Origin: Planctomycetota bacterium
GTDB taxonomy: Bacteria > Planctomycetota > UBA1135 > UBA2386
Length of the DNA: 64,000 nucleotides
Direction: 5' to 3'
Assembly: GCA_947501605.1 (NCBI GenBank)
Contig: CANMWZ010000022.1
Coordinates: 1-64,000 of the forward strand
Part shown: piece after piece, positions 40,101 to 49,172 of the stretch
Layout: each line of letters opens with the position of its first letter
Position numbering within the stretch: the first letter of the stretch is position 1
Notes under the pieces: model-generated
What the model saw: the letters and a program-made list of their open reading frames with translations, nothing else
Told to the model about the DNA's origin: nothing
The model's database searches: none
Position numbers and translations under genes: made by a program

Positions 40101-42295
40101 GACTGCGCCCAATTGGGATCGAGCCCGGCCTCGTCCAGCACTTCGAACACCAACTTGTTCTCGCGCACCAGCAGCGACATGCGATTGCGCTGGGTCGACT
40201 GGCCGTCGCCGTAGTCGAGCAGCACGCCATTGCCGAGCGCCTGAGGCTCGAACCACGCCGAGGTGGCGAAGCGGCCGGCGCCACCCTTGGCCGCCGCGAC
40301 TGTGAATGGATGCGTCAGCTCGTGGGTGTTTGGTGGTGCAACTGCAGCGGTGGCATCGCGCGGCCCGGTGTTCCGTACGCGGAACGGACCCTGCTTCGAG
40401 ACGTCGTGGCCGCGCGGATCGACCGCGGTCGAGAACGCCTCGTGACCGTAGCGCGCACTCGCCGACAGCGGGCCGTTGCGCGGCCACTCGGCCGGTCGGA
40501 TCGACGCCGGGCCAGGGAGGATCGACGCATCGACCAAATCGCGCGAGGCGTAGCGGCTCTGGCCGAGCCCCGCGTTGGGGAACGCCATGCCGACGACGTG
40601 CGGCAGATAGCGCGACACCGGGTCGTTGCCGAGTTCGCCGCCGCCGGCGGCCCCTGTGTTGATCGGACCAGTCAGCCAGAACGGTGCTCGTTGGTCGAGC
40701 CGGAAAGCCTCTTCGATGCGCTCTTGCGTCTGCCAACTCGAGGTCAACAGCAACCCAGGTTGAGTCACTGCAATGCCGGTGCGTTCGTGGCGAGCGGCCA
40801 AAGCTGGTGCGACGACACTGCGCTGGATTGCAGCGGCAGCGCGGTAGCCGAGCAGCGGGCCCGAGCGGAACGTGATGGGTGCGGTGCCCATCTCGACCAC
40901 GCTGTCGCGGCCGGTCAACAGCATGCGATAGAGATAGAGCAGGCGCAGCTTCTGCTCCTGGCCTGCATCCTTGAGGCGCGACTGCCAGACCTTCTGGGCC
41001 AAGTCCTCAAAGCCCTGCAACGGCTGCTCGCCGCGCAGCTGGACGATCTGCTCGGCGATCTCCTTGGCTTCGCCGGGCGACAGCGGTAGCATCGGCGCCA
41101 CGCGGCGCGCGCCCGAGGCGTCGTGCACGCGAACATCGACCCCGCGGCGGCAGCCGGTGAACATCGCCGTCATCAACTCGACGGACGCGGTGTTGCAGTT
41201 GACGGGCGCCGGCACCAGGGGCTCCACCACGGTGTCGAGCGCGCGCCATTCTTGCGCCACAGGGTGGAGGAGATTGAGTTCGAAGATCGACGGCAGCTGC
41301 AGCTCTTGGGCACTCTGCGGCGTCAACGTGTTCATCACGAGGCCGTACTCGATGGCACCCGTCTCGAGGCTGCGAACGCGCACCGAACTGCCGGCGCCGA
41401 GGTGCAACGCCGACTTGACGACCAACCGCCGACTGCCCACCGGGACGTCGTAGAACACGCGCTCGGGACGCCCCCACACTGGGGCGGTGCCGACATCGGC
41501 GACCTCGCCGATCACCGCCTGCAGCCGGTCCAGTTCGCCGGGCTTGAAGCCGCCACAACCAGCGCGCTCGATTTCCGCGAGTTCGCTCGGGGTCGACAGC
41601 GCCATCCGGCGCGTGTGATCCCCCCCGGTGCGCCCGTCGTACGGCCAAGCTACGGCGAGCACGCAGCGCCAGTCGAGGACCAGGGCGGTCTCCGCCACTT
41701 GATGGTCCTGCGGCTTCAGGAAGCCTAGTTCGAGCAACGCGCCGCGGTCACATTCGGCCAGGGCGTTGCCTTGCTTGCTGCCATAACGCACCACCTCGTG
41801 GTCGATCCAGACGAACCCGCTATCGGGCAAACCAGTCGCGTCATCGAGCAGGATCTCGGTCGCGTCGGGCAGCAACTCCTTCTGCAGGCGCGCCGTCGAT
41901 CCGAGCAAGTTGGCCAGCAGCAGCGGCGTGATCGCGTCAAGCGCGACCATGCGCTGCAGGTCAAAGGTCTCCCCGCCAAAGCGCACCCGACCGTCGTCGC
42001 GCAGCGCCGGGAACGCGTCAGGAACGCCGCTCGGAAACTCGGCCAGTTCGTCGAAGTCCGGGGTTTCGTCGTAGGTCGCATGCCCAAGCGCGGCCTCGCC
42101 GAGCATCAGGTCGCGGGCGCTCGCCGAGAGCATCTCCGCTTGGCGCAGCTCGATCGATCGCGCCGCCACGTCCGCACCGCGGCTCATCGATACCGCAAAC
42201 GGCAAGGCCAGCAGCAGGAGCAGCGTGAGCGCCATCAGCACGGCCAACAAAGCGATCCCGCGCTCGGCGAGTCGACGAACGCCAATGGAGCTCAT
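37148..42295 (-). CDS. Giant (1715 aa) GspK/PilX-like minor pilin with LamG-like and repeated beta modules
   Basis: G|IALLAVL lacking Glu5, as in GspK/PilX; PVNCNTAS...AKEIAEQIVQLR...EDL GspK-like helical motif. Confidence 0.75.
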   Translation of the reverse strand: MSSIGVRRLAERGIALLAVLMALTLLLLLALPFAVSMSRGADVAARSIELRQAEMLSASARDLMLGEAALGHATYDETPDFDELAEFPSGVPDAFPALRDDGRVRFGGETFDLQRMVALDAITPLLLANLLGSTARLQKELLPDATEILLDDATGLPDSGFVWIDHEVVRYGSKQGNALAECDRGALLELGFLKPQDHQVAETALVLDWRCVLAVAWPYDGRTGGDHTRRMALSTPSELAEIERAGCGGFKPGELDRLQAVIGEVADVGTAPVWGRPERVFYDVPVGSRRLVVKSALHLGAGSSVRVRSLETGAIEYGLVMNTLTPQSAQELQLPSIFELNLLHPVAQEWRALDTVVEPLVPAPVNCNTASVELMTAMFTGCRRGVDVRVHDASGARRVAPMLPLSPGEAKEIAEQIVQLRGEQPLQGFEDLAQKVWQSRLKDAGQEQKLRLLYLYRMLLTGRDSVVEMGTAPITFRSGPLLGYRAAAAIQRSVVAPALAARHERTGIAVTQPGLLLTSSWQTQERIEEAFRLDQRAPFWLTGPINTGAAGGGELGNDPVSRYLPHVVGMAFPNAGLGQSRYASRDLVDASILPGPASIRPAEWPRNGPLSASARYGHEAFSTAVDPRGHDVSKQGPFRVRNTGPRDATAAVAPPNTHELTHPFTVAAAKGGAGRFATSAWFEPQALGNGVLLDYGDGQSTQRNRMSLLVRENKLVFEVLDEAGLDPNWAQSPAGVPRSSLRWELPLAELSLPGRAAVHVAATAYGGRPSDLAVAVDGFARGKVRFRTHLTAALPGYDPQQSPPGPPGQETNDPRFVILQVDSTEGFPAQGIVRVGLELFEYVAVQGNSLVCQALDSTGGRGARQIAREHRPEVPVDAQGRPTIDITTLAAGANLDQFPDHPVGSQVELYGYSALPSIDTLLYFGNSTVDTLGGFAVARGWLTNSRPIVLSGQGLPPIRIGQGLDITWTGDLELADPRPTGTQRPPAAQEAIANAFPQRGGYALLVQKGFRFTPPIGVVASPVFVGGIEVIRYTSRQGNRLIGVQRAVTLPGNNSQIQAQWFDGTAHNFVVDWDDNLADPRSQPPAKFDDDPLRLLNVVPISVALQNAADMPDPATTGTTEWVQLFSSGAPNDTEWVRYDAIVDRSHLVRTFRGAWEGVRFVLTNQFALNEVNVGPLGPSGGDAVVTSGPWPAVATTSGYIGYIPKLESDYPQILQTRQALQFRGDPFTRTSSHAHTNSQALPCHRFDLWWGNFGAITGRPGRNDRVAMIAGSTSTGTNRPSVEWHTVNWSCRDFTGDLQSQNPPPELTGPDPFQLVAFQAPVQSLIRGPQRGQQVTDMRVQDRIVKFPSGELPAAACDAVVCGGNAGNGEIVNGLVDEINVADHCAYDLVIDEPFTDSSQQFLVRPTAYVAAQGLVYAGADLTPDFPAGGGLVQVGDEILAYQSHAGGTFTVARNARGLLGTQPRGHDRGEAVHFLTHRPCGITTGSVSARNEKIQLQAQGALPSQFGTVLLNRNELLHYTWTRRLGTAVSLEMPRMFPPGEEGDGMAARGLFRGRYGTAPVGAGSGEPVILMPIRYWDRFVARNEDPEQAYFQFTLREAPVYLRTLSWEEETTDPNVDVKCLVRADARMPWNGDTKISPFLRELERSSGETAPKVLDLQATQLELRFVHVYQPGCLDLQTHRSHGWKTAPKVRNIVVEYEGEGRIVREAGTTR

Positions 42296-43287
42296 TGCAA
42301 AACCCCCTGAGGGCCGACGCGCAGCACCTCGACACGGTTGTCGGACACCATCTGGAACAGGATCTCTGGCGGTGCCATCGGTTCGCCTTGGGCGTCGAAG
42401 GCGACGCGCACGGCCTTCTTCAGCACGGCTCCTTCTGGCAGGTTCGAGGACTGCGTGATCGTGTAGGCAAACAACTGCAACTCATCGACCGCGGCGACCA
42501 CGCCGTCATTGCCTGGCAGCACCTCCAACACATCGTCCTTCTGCTGACGCAGGCGCTCGCGCTGGTCCTGTTCGGCGGCGATGCGTCCGTCGATCGCGAT
42601 CCACGCGCGGTTGCTGTCGGCCGCGAGTTCGAAGCTGCACCAGCGACCGACCGGCAGCGCCACTTGGCTCGCAAGCGTCGTCGTGACGCCGCCGCGACCC
42701 GCATCGTCCAACGTGGTGAGCCGCGCGCGCGGCCGGCCGTCGTCGTCGAGTTGCACCTGAATCGCGCTGCCAAGCCGCAGCAACTGCCCAGGACCGCGGC
42801 GCAGCAGCTTGACGTCGACGCGCAGGGCAAAGCCATCGCTGAAGTCGGCGTCCTGCTTGGACAACTGCAACCGCAGCGCGGCACTCGGATCACCAGCCCT
42901 GGTCGTGCGGGCGTGGCCGTAGCGCCCTTGCAGGTAGTCTTCGCCACCAAGCACCGGCGCAAGGTTGGCATCGAGGAAGCGTTGGCCCGGGTCAAAGGTC
43001 GACAGCAACACCGGATCGAGGCCACGAGCGCGCACCGTGCCGAGGCCACCGTCGACTCCCGGCGTCAGCAATACCTCGGTAGGGAGCCCGCGGGTGCGGG
43101 CGTCGAGCGCCGCCATGCGCAACATGCCGACGATGGCGGACCGGGCTTCAGGCAGACCATCCGAGCGGCGCAAGAACCCGACCCCGAGCCCCATCAGTAC
43201 GGACAGGATGCCGGCGACGACCAACAACTCGAGCAAGGTCATGCCCGAGTCGGATTGGCGTGTGGGGCGAAGTCTGGGGACAGGCAT
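42292..43287 (-). CDS. Minor (pseudo)pilin, GspH/FimT-like, with a LamG-like insert
   Basis: G|MTLLELLVVAGIL; LPVGRWCSFEL...IAIDG...VDELQL LamG pattern. Confidence 0.8.
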   Translation of the reverse strand: MPVPRLRPTRQSDSGMTLLELLVVAGILSVLMGLGVGFLRRSDGLPEARSAIVGMLRMAALDARTRGLPTEVLLTPGVDGGLGTVRARGLDPVLLSTFDPGQRFLDANLAPVLGGEDYLQGRYGHARTTRAGDPSAALRLQLSKQDADFSDGFALRVDVKLLRRGPGQLLRLGSAIQVQLDDDGRPRARLTTLDDAGRGGVTTTLASQVALPVGRWCSFELAADSNRAWIAIDGRIAAEQDQRERLRQQKDDVLEVLPGNDGVVAAVDELQLFAYTITQSSNLPEGAVLKKAVRVAFDAQGEPMAPPEILFQMVSDNRVEVLRVGPQGVLQ

Positions 43288-43355
43288 CAGGGCGGGATCG
43301 GGACGAAGCTATACGTGCAACAGGGCAACGGTCACGGCAGTTCGCGCGCGGCGAA

Positions 43356-44030
43356 TCACTGCCCTTTCTGCGGCCAGCTCAGGTCGTCCTCCGTGCCGAA
43401 CACTTGGTCGCGTCCAGCCGAGAGCAACTGGAACTTCCGGCCGCCGAGCGGCATGCCATCGGCGTTGCGCAGGGCCTTGGCGGTCAGTCGCAGGCCGTCG
43501 CCGCCCGCCAGAGCCACTTGTTGCGGCTTGTCGAAACCAAGGTTCTTGGTCGTCTTGCTGAAGTAGCAAAGCGGCGTGCCCCACTCGTCGGCAACTTCGA
43601 CGCGGTCCTTGCGCGACAACAAGGGCAGCAGGATCTCGTTGCTGTCGTTGTCCGTGTTGCTGAGGCGCTGCGCCATGTCGCTGAGGTCCTGGCCATCGGC
43701 GACGCTCTGGCTCAGGAACGCCACCAGCGACTCGATGCCGGTGTTGGCGCCGTTGTCGCTCTTCAGCTGCAGCTTGTTCTCGGGGTCGGCGAAGTCGTCC
43801 GGTGGATAAAAGCCGTGCTTGCGCTCGAAGCTCTCGCACCCCGACGCGAGGCGCTGCAGGTTTGCGAGTGTCGTCGCTTCGTTTGCGGTCTCCTTGGCGC
43901 CGAGCAAGTCGGGCAAGAACGCCGCCGCGAGCACGCCGAGGATGGCGATCACGATCAGCAACTCGATCAGGGTGAACCCGCGCACTGTCGCGATGGGCCG
44001 GGAAGATGGGTGGCCGTGGCTCATGGGCAT
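43356..44030 (-). CDS. Major (pseudo)pilin, GspG-like
   Basis: G|FTLIELLIVIAILGVL; DEWGTP..Y and SAGRDQVFGTEDDL as in the GspG Ca-binding tail. Confidence 0.88.
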   Translation of the reverse strand: MPMSHGHPSSRPIATVRGFTLIELLIVIAILGVLAAAFLPDLLGAKETANEATTLANLQRLASGCESFERKHGFYPPDDFADPENKLQLKSDNGANTGIESLVAFLSQSVADGQDLSDMAQRLSNTDNDSNEILLPLLSRKDRVEVADEWGTPLCYFSKTTKNLGFDKPQQVALAGGDGLRLTAKALRNADGMPLGGRKFQLLSAGRDQVFGTEDDLSWPQKGQ

Positions 44031-44031
44031 C

Positions 44032-46725
44032 TCAGTCCTTGCGACGCTCGAGGTGGAAGTCGTCGAACGCGACGTCAGCGGTGTTGCCGGCTCGTCCAGA
44101 CACGAGCAGGACGGTCTCCAGTTCTTTGCTGTCGGCCGCCCGCAGCATCGTCAGGTCCTTCTGCTGCAAGACCGCGCCGTCGATCAGCATCAGCAGGCGG
44201 AACAGGTTCTCGCCGCGGTCTTGCACGCGGAGTTCGAAGGTGTGTTCGCCGGCGACCGCGGCCTCGCCGCCTGGCCCCGATTGCATCGGGTCGGCCTTGC
44301 CTTCACGGACCATCCAGAACGGCTTGCCATCGCGCAGGCCGATCTGCGCCTGAAAGTCCGGCGCACTGCCGCTACCGCGCGACTGGATGCGCACGCCAGC
44401 AAAGGTGTCCTGTACCTGGTGGCCCGGCAACAGCGTCATGCGCGCCGACACCGCCAAGAACTTGCCGCCCTTCTGCACGGCACCGGCGCGCACCGCGGAG
44501 ACCTCGGTCGCGCGTGAGAACCGGCCGGAGAACAGCAGTCGATTCTGGTCGACGACGGCGCCGAGGCCACCATCGCGCTCGAGCAGCCAGACGTTGCCCA
44601 CCTCACTGCGCTCGAAGCGATCATCGAGCTGCTCCTTCTGGGCATGGTCTTCGATGCGCTGCAAGGTCTCGGTTGCCCACTGCCGCATCGGGTGCTCACG
44701 CGGCAGATCGCTTTGCATGCGCTCGAGCTGCGGGCGGGCTTCTTCGCCGTGGTCCATGGCGTAGTCGACGATTGCGAGCGCGGCCTGGGCAAACAGTCGA
44801 CCGGGGTCGTCGGTGGCGGCGTCGCGAGCCGCCGAGAAGGCGTCTTGGGCGCCGCGCAGATCGGCGGTCGCGAAATGCGCCAAGCCTTGGCGTTCCCGCA
44901 AGGTCACGCTCTGCACCGGTGACAACGTGACGGCTCGATCGGCGTAGCGCACCGCGGCCAGCGCGCTCTGCGCCTGCTCGCTGGCATCGCCGTCGCGCAG
45001 CATCTGCATCCGCTGCTCACTCACCTCAGCCAGCGCTGGTACAAAGTCGTCGCGCAGGCGAAGGACGGCGTTGAGCGCCTCGATCGAGTTGCCGGTTTGC
45101 CCAAGCCCGGCCAACGCCCGCGCCTTGAGATAGTGCGCGTAGACGTAGAGCGGATCGGCCTCGAGGGCGCGATCGGCCTGCGTGGCGGCGGCCTCGAACT
45201 GACCGAGGCGGATGTAGAGCAACGACAGGCCAGCGAGGGCTTGGTGCCGCAGCAACGGCGCGTCGACGACGACCGACTCGAAGGAGGACTTGGCGTCTTG
45301 CCATTCGCCCAGCCGGACCTGACAGGCCGCGACACCAAGCTGGGCCGCTGGCCCGAAGCCCGCAGCCGCGGCCGCGCGGAAGCCGTCTTTGGCCGCCGGG
45401 AGCAGGCCCGAGGCATAGTCGATCGCCGCCCGCAACTGGGCCAAGAGCGCCGCCTGCGGGGTCCCAGCAGGGTGGCTGCCAAACTTGGATAGCGCCTCGC
45501 GCGCCCCGTCCATGTCGCCCATGCCGAGCAGGCCGCCGATGGCGACTTGGATCACGCGCAAGCGCTCGAGCTGATCGCTGACCGAGCCCAGCGTTGCCAT
45601 CGCGCGCTGCGCCATCGCATGGGCTTGCTGCGGCTCGGCCCGTTGGCGCAGGAACTGCGAGAGAGCGGCGTGCGGGCGTGCGTCGGTGGGCGCGATCGCG
45701 ATGGCCTGCTGCAGGCTGTCGATAGCCGCCGAGTAGAGGCCGAGGCGACCCTGAAGGATCCCGAGCCCCTCGAACCGGAACGCGCCAGCGGGACCGTTCG
45801 ACGGCAACGACTCGTAGAGCGCAAGCTCACCGGCCAGGTCGCCCTTGTAGCGCAGCACGCGGGCCTTGGCGCGAACGGCGGTCAGACCCGCGTCGGTCCG
45901 CGCCAGAACTTCGGCCTGCTCGAGCGCCACTTCGTAGACCCACGCTTCGTTGCGCGCCCAGAGCAACAGCTCGTCGATGAGCTTCTCGCGATCGAGCGCA
46001 TGAGCGGCGTCAGCTGGCACCGCCCGAACCGCACGAGCCACGCGGTTCTTCAGCGTGTCGGCCAGCCGGATCTTGGTGACCCGAATGCGCTCGTCGTTGC
46101 CGAACGTCGCTTCGGGAGGCTTGACCTTCTCGTCGGTGATGGAGAACTCGAGCACGTTTACGACAACGCCCTCGAGACCGCCTTCGTCGCGCTGTTCAAG
46201 ATCGAACAGGTCCTGCCCAGGTACGCGCAGGATGCCGAAGTGCTCTTCACTCTGGCCGCTCAACCACACTTGGTCGTACTGGCGACGGTAGCGCTCCTTC
46301 TTCTGGTCGCGCGTCTCCACGACCGAGGTCGGAGCCGCCTCTTCAACAGCAACGGCAGCGGCAACCGCTTCGAGCGTCACGCCGGTCGTCACCGCGCCAG
46401 GGATCAACAACAAGTCGGCGCGGACAAAATCAGGGCCCGGTTCGAGTGGCAAAGCGACCACCTGCAGCGCCTCTTGAACCGGGAACGGCAACGGCCGCGG
46501 CGGCAACGGCTGGGTCTCGCTCGGTTCGCGAAACCACTGGCGCTGCGAAGCGGCATTGGCTGGCGTCGTCAGCAGCGGGGCAGTTGGTGGCGTCGCCGCT
46601 ACATAGGCCTTGACGGTGGTCGCGATACTCGGCGCTCGCCACTCCTCGTCCTTGCAGCGGGTGAGGACCAGAGCTCCGAGCGCAAGGCTCGAGAGCGCGA
46701 GCACTTGTTCCTTTCGCAATGCCAT
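44032..46725 (-). CDS. Membrane-anchored tetratricopeptide-repeat protein
   Basis: N-terminal hydrophobic segment, many Ala-rich TPR-like helical pairs, beta-rich C-terminus. Confidence 0.75.
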   Translation of the reverse strand: MALRKEQVLALSSLALGALVLTRCKDEEWRAPSIATTVKAYVAATPPTAPLLTTPANAASQRQWFREPSETQPLPPRPLPFPVQEALQVVALPLEPGPDFVRADLLLIPGAVTTGVTLEAVAAAVAVEEAAPTSVVETRDQKKERYRRQYDQVWLSGQSEEHFGILRVPGQDLFDLEQRDEGGLEGVVVNVLEFSITDEKVKPPEATFGNDERIRVTKIRLADTLKNRVARAVRAVPADAAHALDREKLIDELLLWARNEAWVYEVALEQAEVLARTDAGLTAVRAKARVLRYKGDLAGELALYESLPSNGPAGAFRFEGLGILQGRLGLYSAAIDSLQQAIAIAPTDARPHAALSQFLRQRAEPQQAHAMAQRAMATLGSVSDQLERLRVIQVAIGGLLGMGDMDGAREALSKFGSHPAGTPQAALLAQLRAAIDYASGLLPAAKDGFRAAAAAGFGPAAQLGVAACQVRLGEWQDAKSSFESVVVDAPLLRHQALAGLSLLYIRLGQFEAAATQADRALEADPLYVYAHYLKARALAGLGQTGNSIEALNAVLRLRDDFVPALAEVSEQRMQMLRDGDASEQAQSALAAVRYADRAVTLSPVQSVTLRERQGLAHFATADLRGAQDAFSAARDAATDDPGRLFAQAALAIVDYAMDHGEEARPQLERMQSDLPREHPMRQWATETLQRIEDHAQKEQLDDRFERSEVGNVWLLERDGGLGAVVDQNRLLFSGRFSRATEVSAVRAGAVQKGGKFLAVSARMTLLPGHQVQDTFAGVRIQSRGSGSAPDFQAQIGLRDGKPFWMVREGKADPMQSGPGGEAAVAGEHTFELRVQDRGENLFRLLMLIDGAVLQQKDLTMLRAADSKELETVLLVSGRAGNTADVAFDDFHLERRKD

Positions 46726-46726
46726 T

Positions 46727-47560
46727 TCAGTTCGACTCCTTGGTCGCTTCCTTGAACGCCACGCCGACCAGCGAACCGCTGGTCGTCACGGGATCGGCAC
46801 GCCGGCCGGTGTGCGCCATCTTCAAGCCGGCTTCGAGCGTCAACGTGCGTCCGGGCTGCCGCAGCGACTCGAGAAACGCAAGGGCGGTAGCTTCGTCGCT
46901 CTTGAACTCGAACAGCACGCGCTCCTGGTCGAAGAACTCGCGCACGTCGACCTGGTTCTGCTTGCCGGAACGAAGGGTCGGGCGTCGCGCGGTGCGGCGG
47001 GCCTCGACGCCAATGCGCATGCCGACGAGGCCCTGCGCTTGCGGGTCTGCCGTGCGCACGGCGTCATGCGCCGCGAACAGTCGCGTGCAGATCTGATCGA
47101 CCAACTCGATGCCAAACAACGCGGCGCGGATCTCGTCGAGCCCGTTCGGCGCCGGCGGCCAGGTCAGGTCGCGATTGGGATCCACCTGCACATCGCGCTC
47201 ACTCGCAGCTTTCAAGATCGCGAGCTTGCGCTCGCGCCCGATTTTGCCGAGGAACTCGTCGGCGCCGAAGCCCTTGCCCTCGAACGAGAACTCGGGGTTG
47301 CGGGTGTAGCCGATCTCCAGCGCCAGAACCTTGCGCGCCGCCGCCAGTCGATCCTGCTCTTCGATCGCAGCTGCGAGTGCCGCGCGGTCGTAGACCTCGA
47401 CAGACTGCGCTTGCTTCGCGACGCCGCGCGCGTCGCGCCGATTGGGCCCGGGGTCGTAAATCGCACCGACAATACTGCGGGCAATGAGGAACGCAGCGAG
47501 ACCGATGGCACAGCCGAGCAGCCAGCGCTTGTTCTCCTGCACGAAGGAACCGACATCCAT
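46727..47560 (-). CDS. PilO/GspM-like bitopic membrane protein
   Basis: N-terminal TM helix, coiled coil, ferredoxin-like C-terminus (ALAFLESL); follows pilMN. Confidence 0.55.
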   Translation of the reverse strand: MDVGSFVQENKRWLLGCAIGLAAFLIARSIVGAIYDPGPNRRDARGVAKQAQSVEVYDRAALAAAIEEQDRLAAARKVLALEIGYTRNPEFSFEGKGFGADEFLGKIGRERKLAILKAASERDVQVDPNRDLTWPPAPNGLDEIRAALFGIELVDQICTRLFAAHDAVRTADPQAQGLVGMRIGVEARRTARRPTLRSGKQNQVDVREFFDQERVLFEFKSDEATALAFLESLRQPGRTLTLEAGLKMAHTGRRADPVTTSGSLVGVAFKEATKESN

Positions 47561-49170
47561 CAGCTCTTCCCTCCGAACTCGATCGTGAACGTGAACTCGA
47601 CCGTGCTGTCACCACCCGCCGGCGTCGACAACTGCGGGACCGCCCCAGCCTCGAGCAACAGCGGATCCTTCTTCAGACGCTGCGAGAACTCGAGCAGCAC
47701 GTTGCTGATGTTGGCGCCATCGAGTTCCTTGCCGCGGCCCTTGACCTCTACCACCGGTCGCTTCTCCGCGTTGCCGGCGCCGCGCATCTCGACGGCGACT
47801 TTCGTGAGCCACAATTGTGGTGGCAAGTTGGCCGTCACTGCGCGCAGGACTCGCAGCGCGCCATGAAGCGGAACGGCTTGCTGCGCGAGGTGATCAACCA
47901 CCGCACGGCCTTGCAGGTTTTCTTCGACGATGGCTTGCGCCTGTTTGTCGACGTCCTGCTTTTGCGACCAGTCGCGAGTAACGAGATTGAGCGCCTTCGC
48001 CGCAGACTCCACTCCCGCCTTTCGGTCCTTGGCGTAGAGCACGAGCAGCACGATGGCAAAAGCGGCGGCGGCGATGTTGAACACCATCCGCTGCTGGAAT
48101 CGGCGGCGCTTCTCGACCGCGGCCGGCAGGATCTCGAGCGAGTACAGCGTCGCGTCGACGCTCGCCACCGCGAGCCCGAGCGCGATGACCGCCTCACTGC
48201 GCATCTGCTGCAACTGCTCAGCATCGCCGGCCGGCAGCGCCGACAAGTCGAGGTTCTCGAACGGATCGAACAGATCGACCGGGCACCGCAGCGCCTCGCG
48301 CAGCATGCCACGGAGGCCACGGAGGCGGGCGCTCCCGCCGCTGAGCAGCACTTTGTCGAGCTTGAGGTCGGCGATCTTCGTTTGCACTTTGCAGAAGGCC
48401 ACAGAACTCTGGATCGCAGCGACGATCGCGTTGGCAGCGCCACCCGCCGCCATCGTGACCTTCTCGGCTTGGCCCGAAGCGAAGTTGCCGCGGCTCTGAG
48501 GGTCGAGATCGAGCAGGTCGCGCTTCAGCGTCTCGGCCTTGCGCTCGGACACGTTGAATGCCGCCGCGATGGCATCGTCCAGCACCTTGCCGCCACCGCT
48601 CAGATTGCGAGCGAACAACAAGTCCTGCCCCCTGACCAGAGCCAGATCGATGGTCTCGTGGCCGATGTTGGCCAAGCAAACCACCACATCCTCCTCAACC
48701 GGGCCGCACTTCAGGTAGGCGTTGTAGAGCGCGATGCAGTTCGGCGTGAACGCGGCAACACTACCCGAAGCCTCGCTCACGATGCCCGCCATGCGTTCGA
48801 GCGACTCATCGCGGGCGAGCGCCAGCAGCACCGTATCGACGCCGGCCTCGGCATCGACGCTGGGCAGCAGGTTGTAGTCCGCGGACAGCGAGCCGCCCGA
48901 CTGCTGGGCAAGATCCTGGATCTCCAGATCCATGAGATTCTTCAACTGCCAATCCGGCGTCGGCGGCACCTGGCTGTAGCGGAGATTCATGTCGCGGCCC
49001 GACAAGCCACAGACTGCGTTCTTGGGCGGCTGCCCACCCGGCCGCAGGTTTGCCGCACCCTCGTCGACCGGCACGGCTGCGAAGCCAATGACCTTGATGC
49101 CGTGCTTGGTGGCCTTGACAGAAATGGACTTGATGCTGTGTCCACCGATATCGATCGCAACGCCTGCCAT
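47560..49170 (-). CDS. pilM: PilM (actin-like) fused to a PilN-like TM/periplasmic domain
   Basis: IDIGGHSIK, NIGHETIDL, VLLSGGSARLRGL, ALGLA; then EILP, TM helix, coiled coil, LPPQLWLTKV. Confidence 0.85.
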   Translation of the reverse strand: MAGVAIDIGGHSIKSISVKATKHGIKVIGFAAVPVDEGAANLRPGGQPPKNAVCGLSGRDMNLRYSQVPPTPDWQLKNLMDLEIQDLAQQSGGSLSADYNLLPSVDAEAGVDTVLLALARDESLERMAGIVSEASGSVAAFTPNCIALYNAYLKCGPVEEDVVVCLANIGHETIDLALVRGQDLLFARNLSGGGKVLDDAIAAAFNVSERKAETLKRDLLDLDPQSRGNFASGQAEKVTMAAGGAANAIVAAIQSSVAFCKVQTKIADLKLDKVLLSGGSARLRGLRGMLREALRCPVDLFDPFENLDLSALPAGDAEQLQQMRSEAVIALGLAVASVDATLYSLEILPAAVEKRRRFQQRMVFNIAAAAFAIVLLVLYAKDRKAGVESAAKALNLVTRDWSQKQDVDKQAQAIVEENLQGRAVVDHLAQQAVPLHGALRVLRAVTANLPPQLWLTKVAVEMRGAGNAEKRPVVEVKGRGKELDGANISNVLLEFSQRLKKDPLLLEAGAVPQLSTPAGGDSTVEFTFTIEFGGKS

Positions 49171-49172
49171 GG

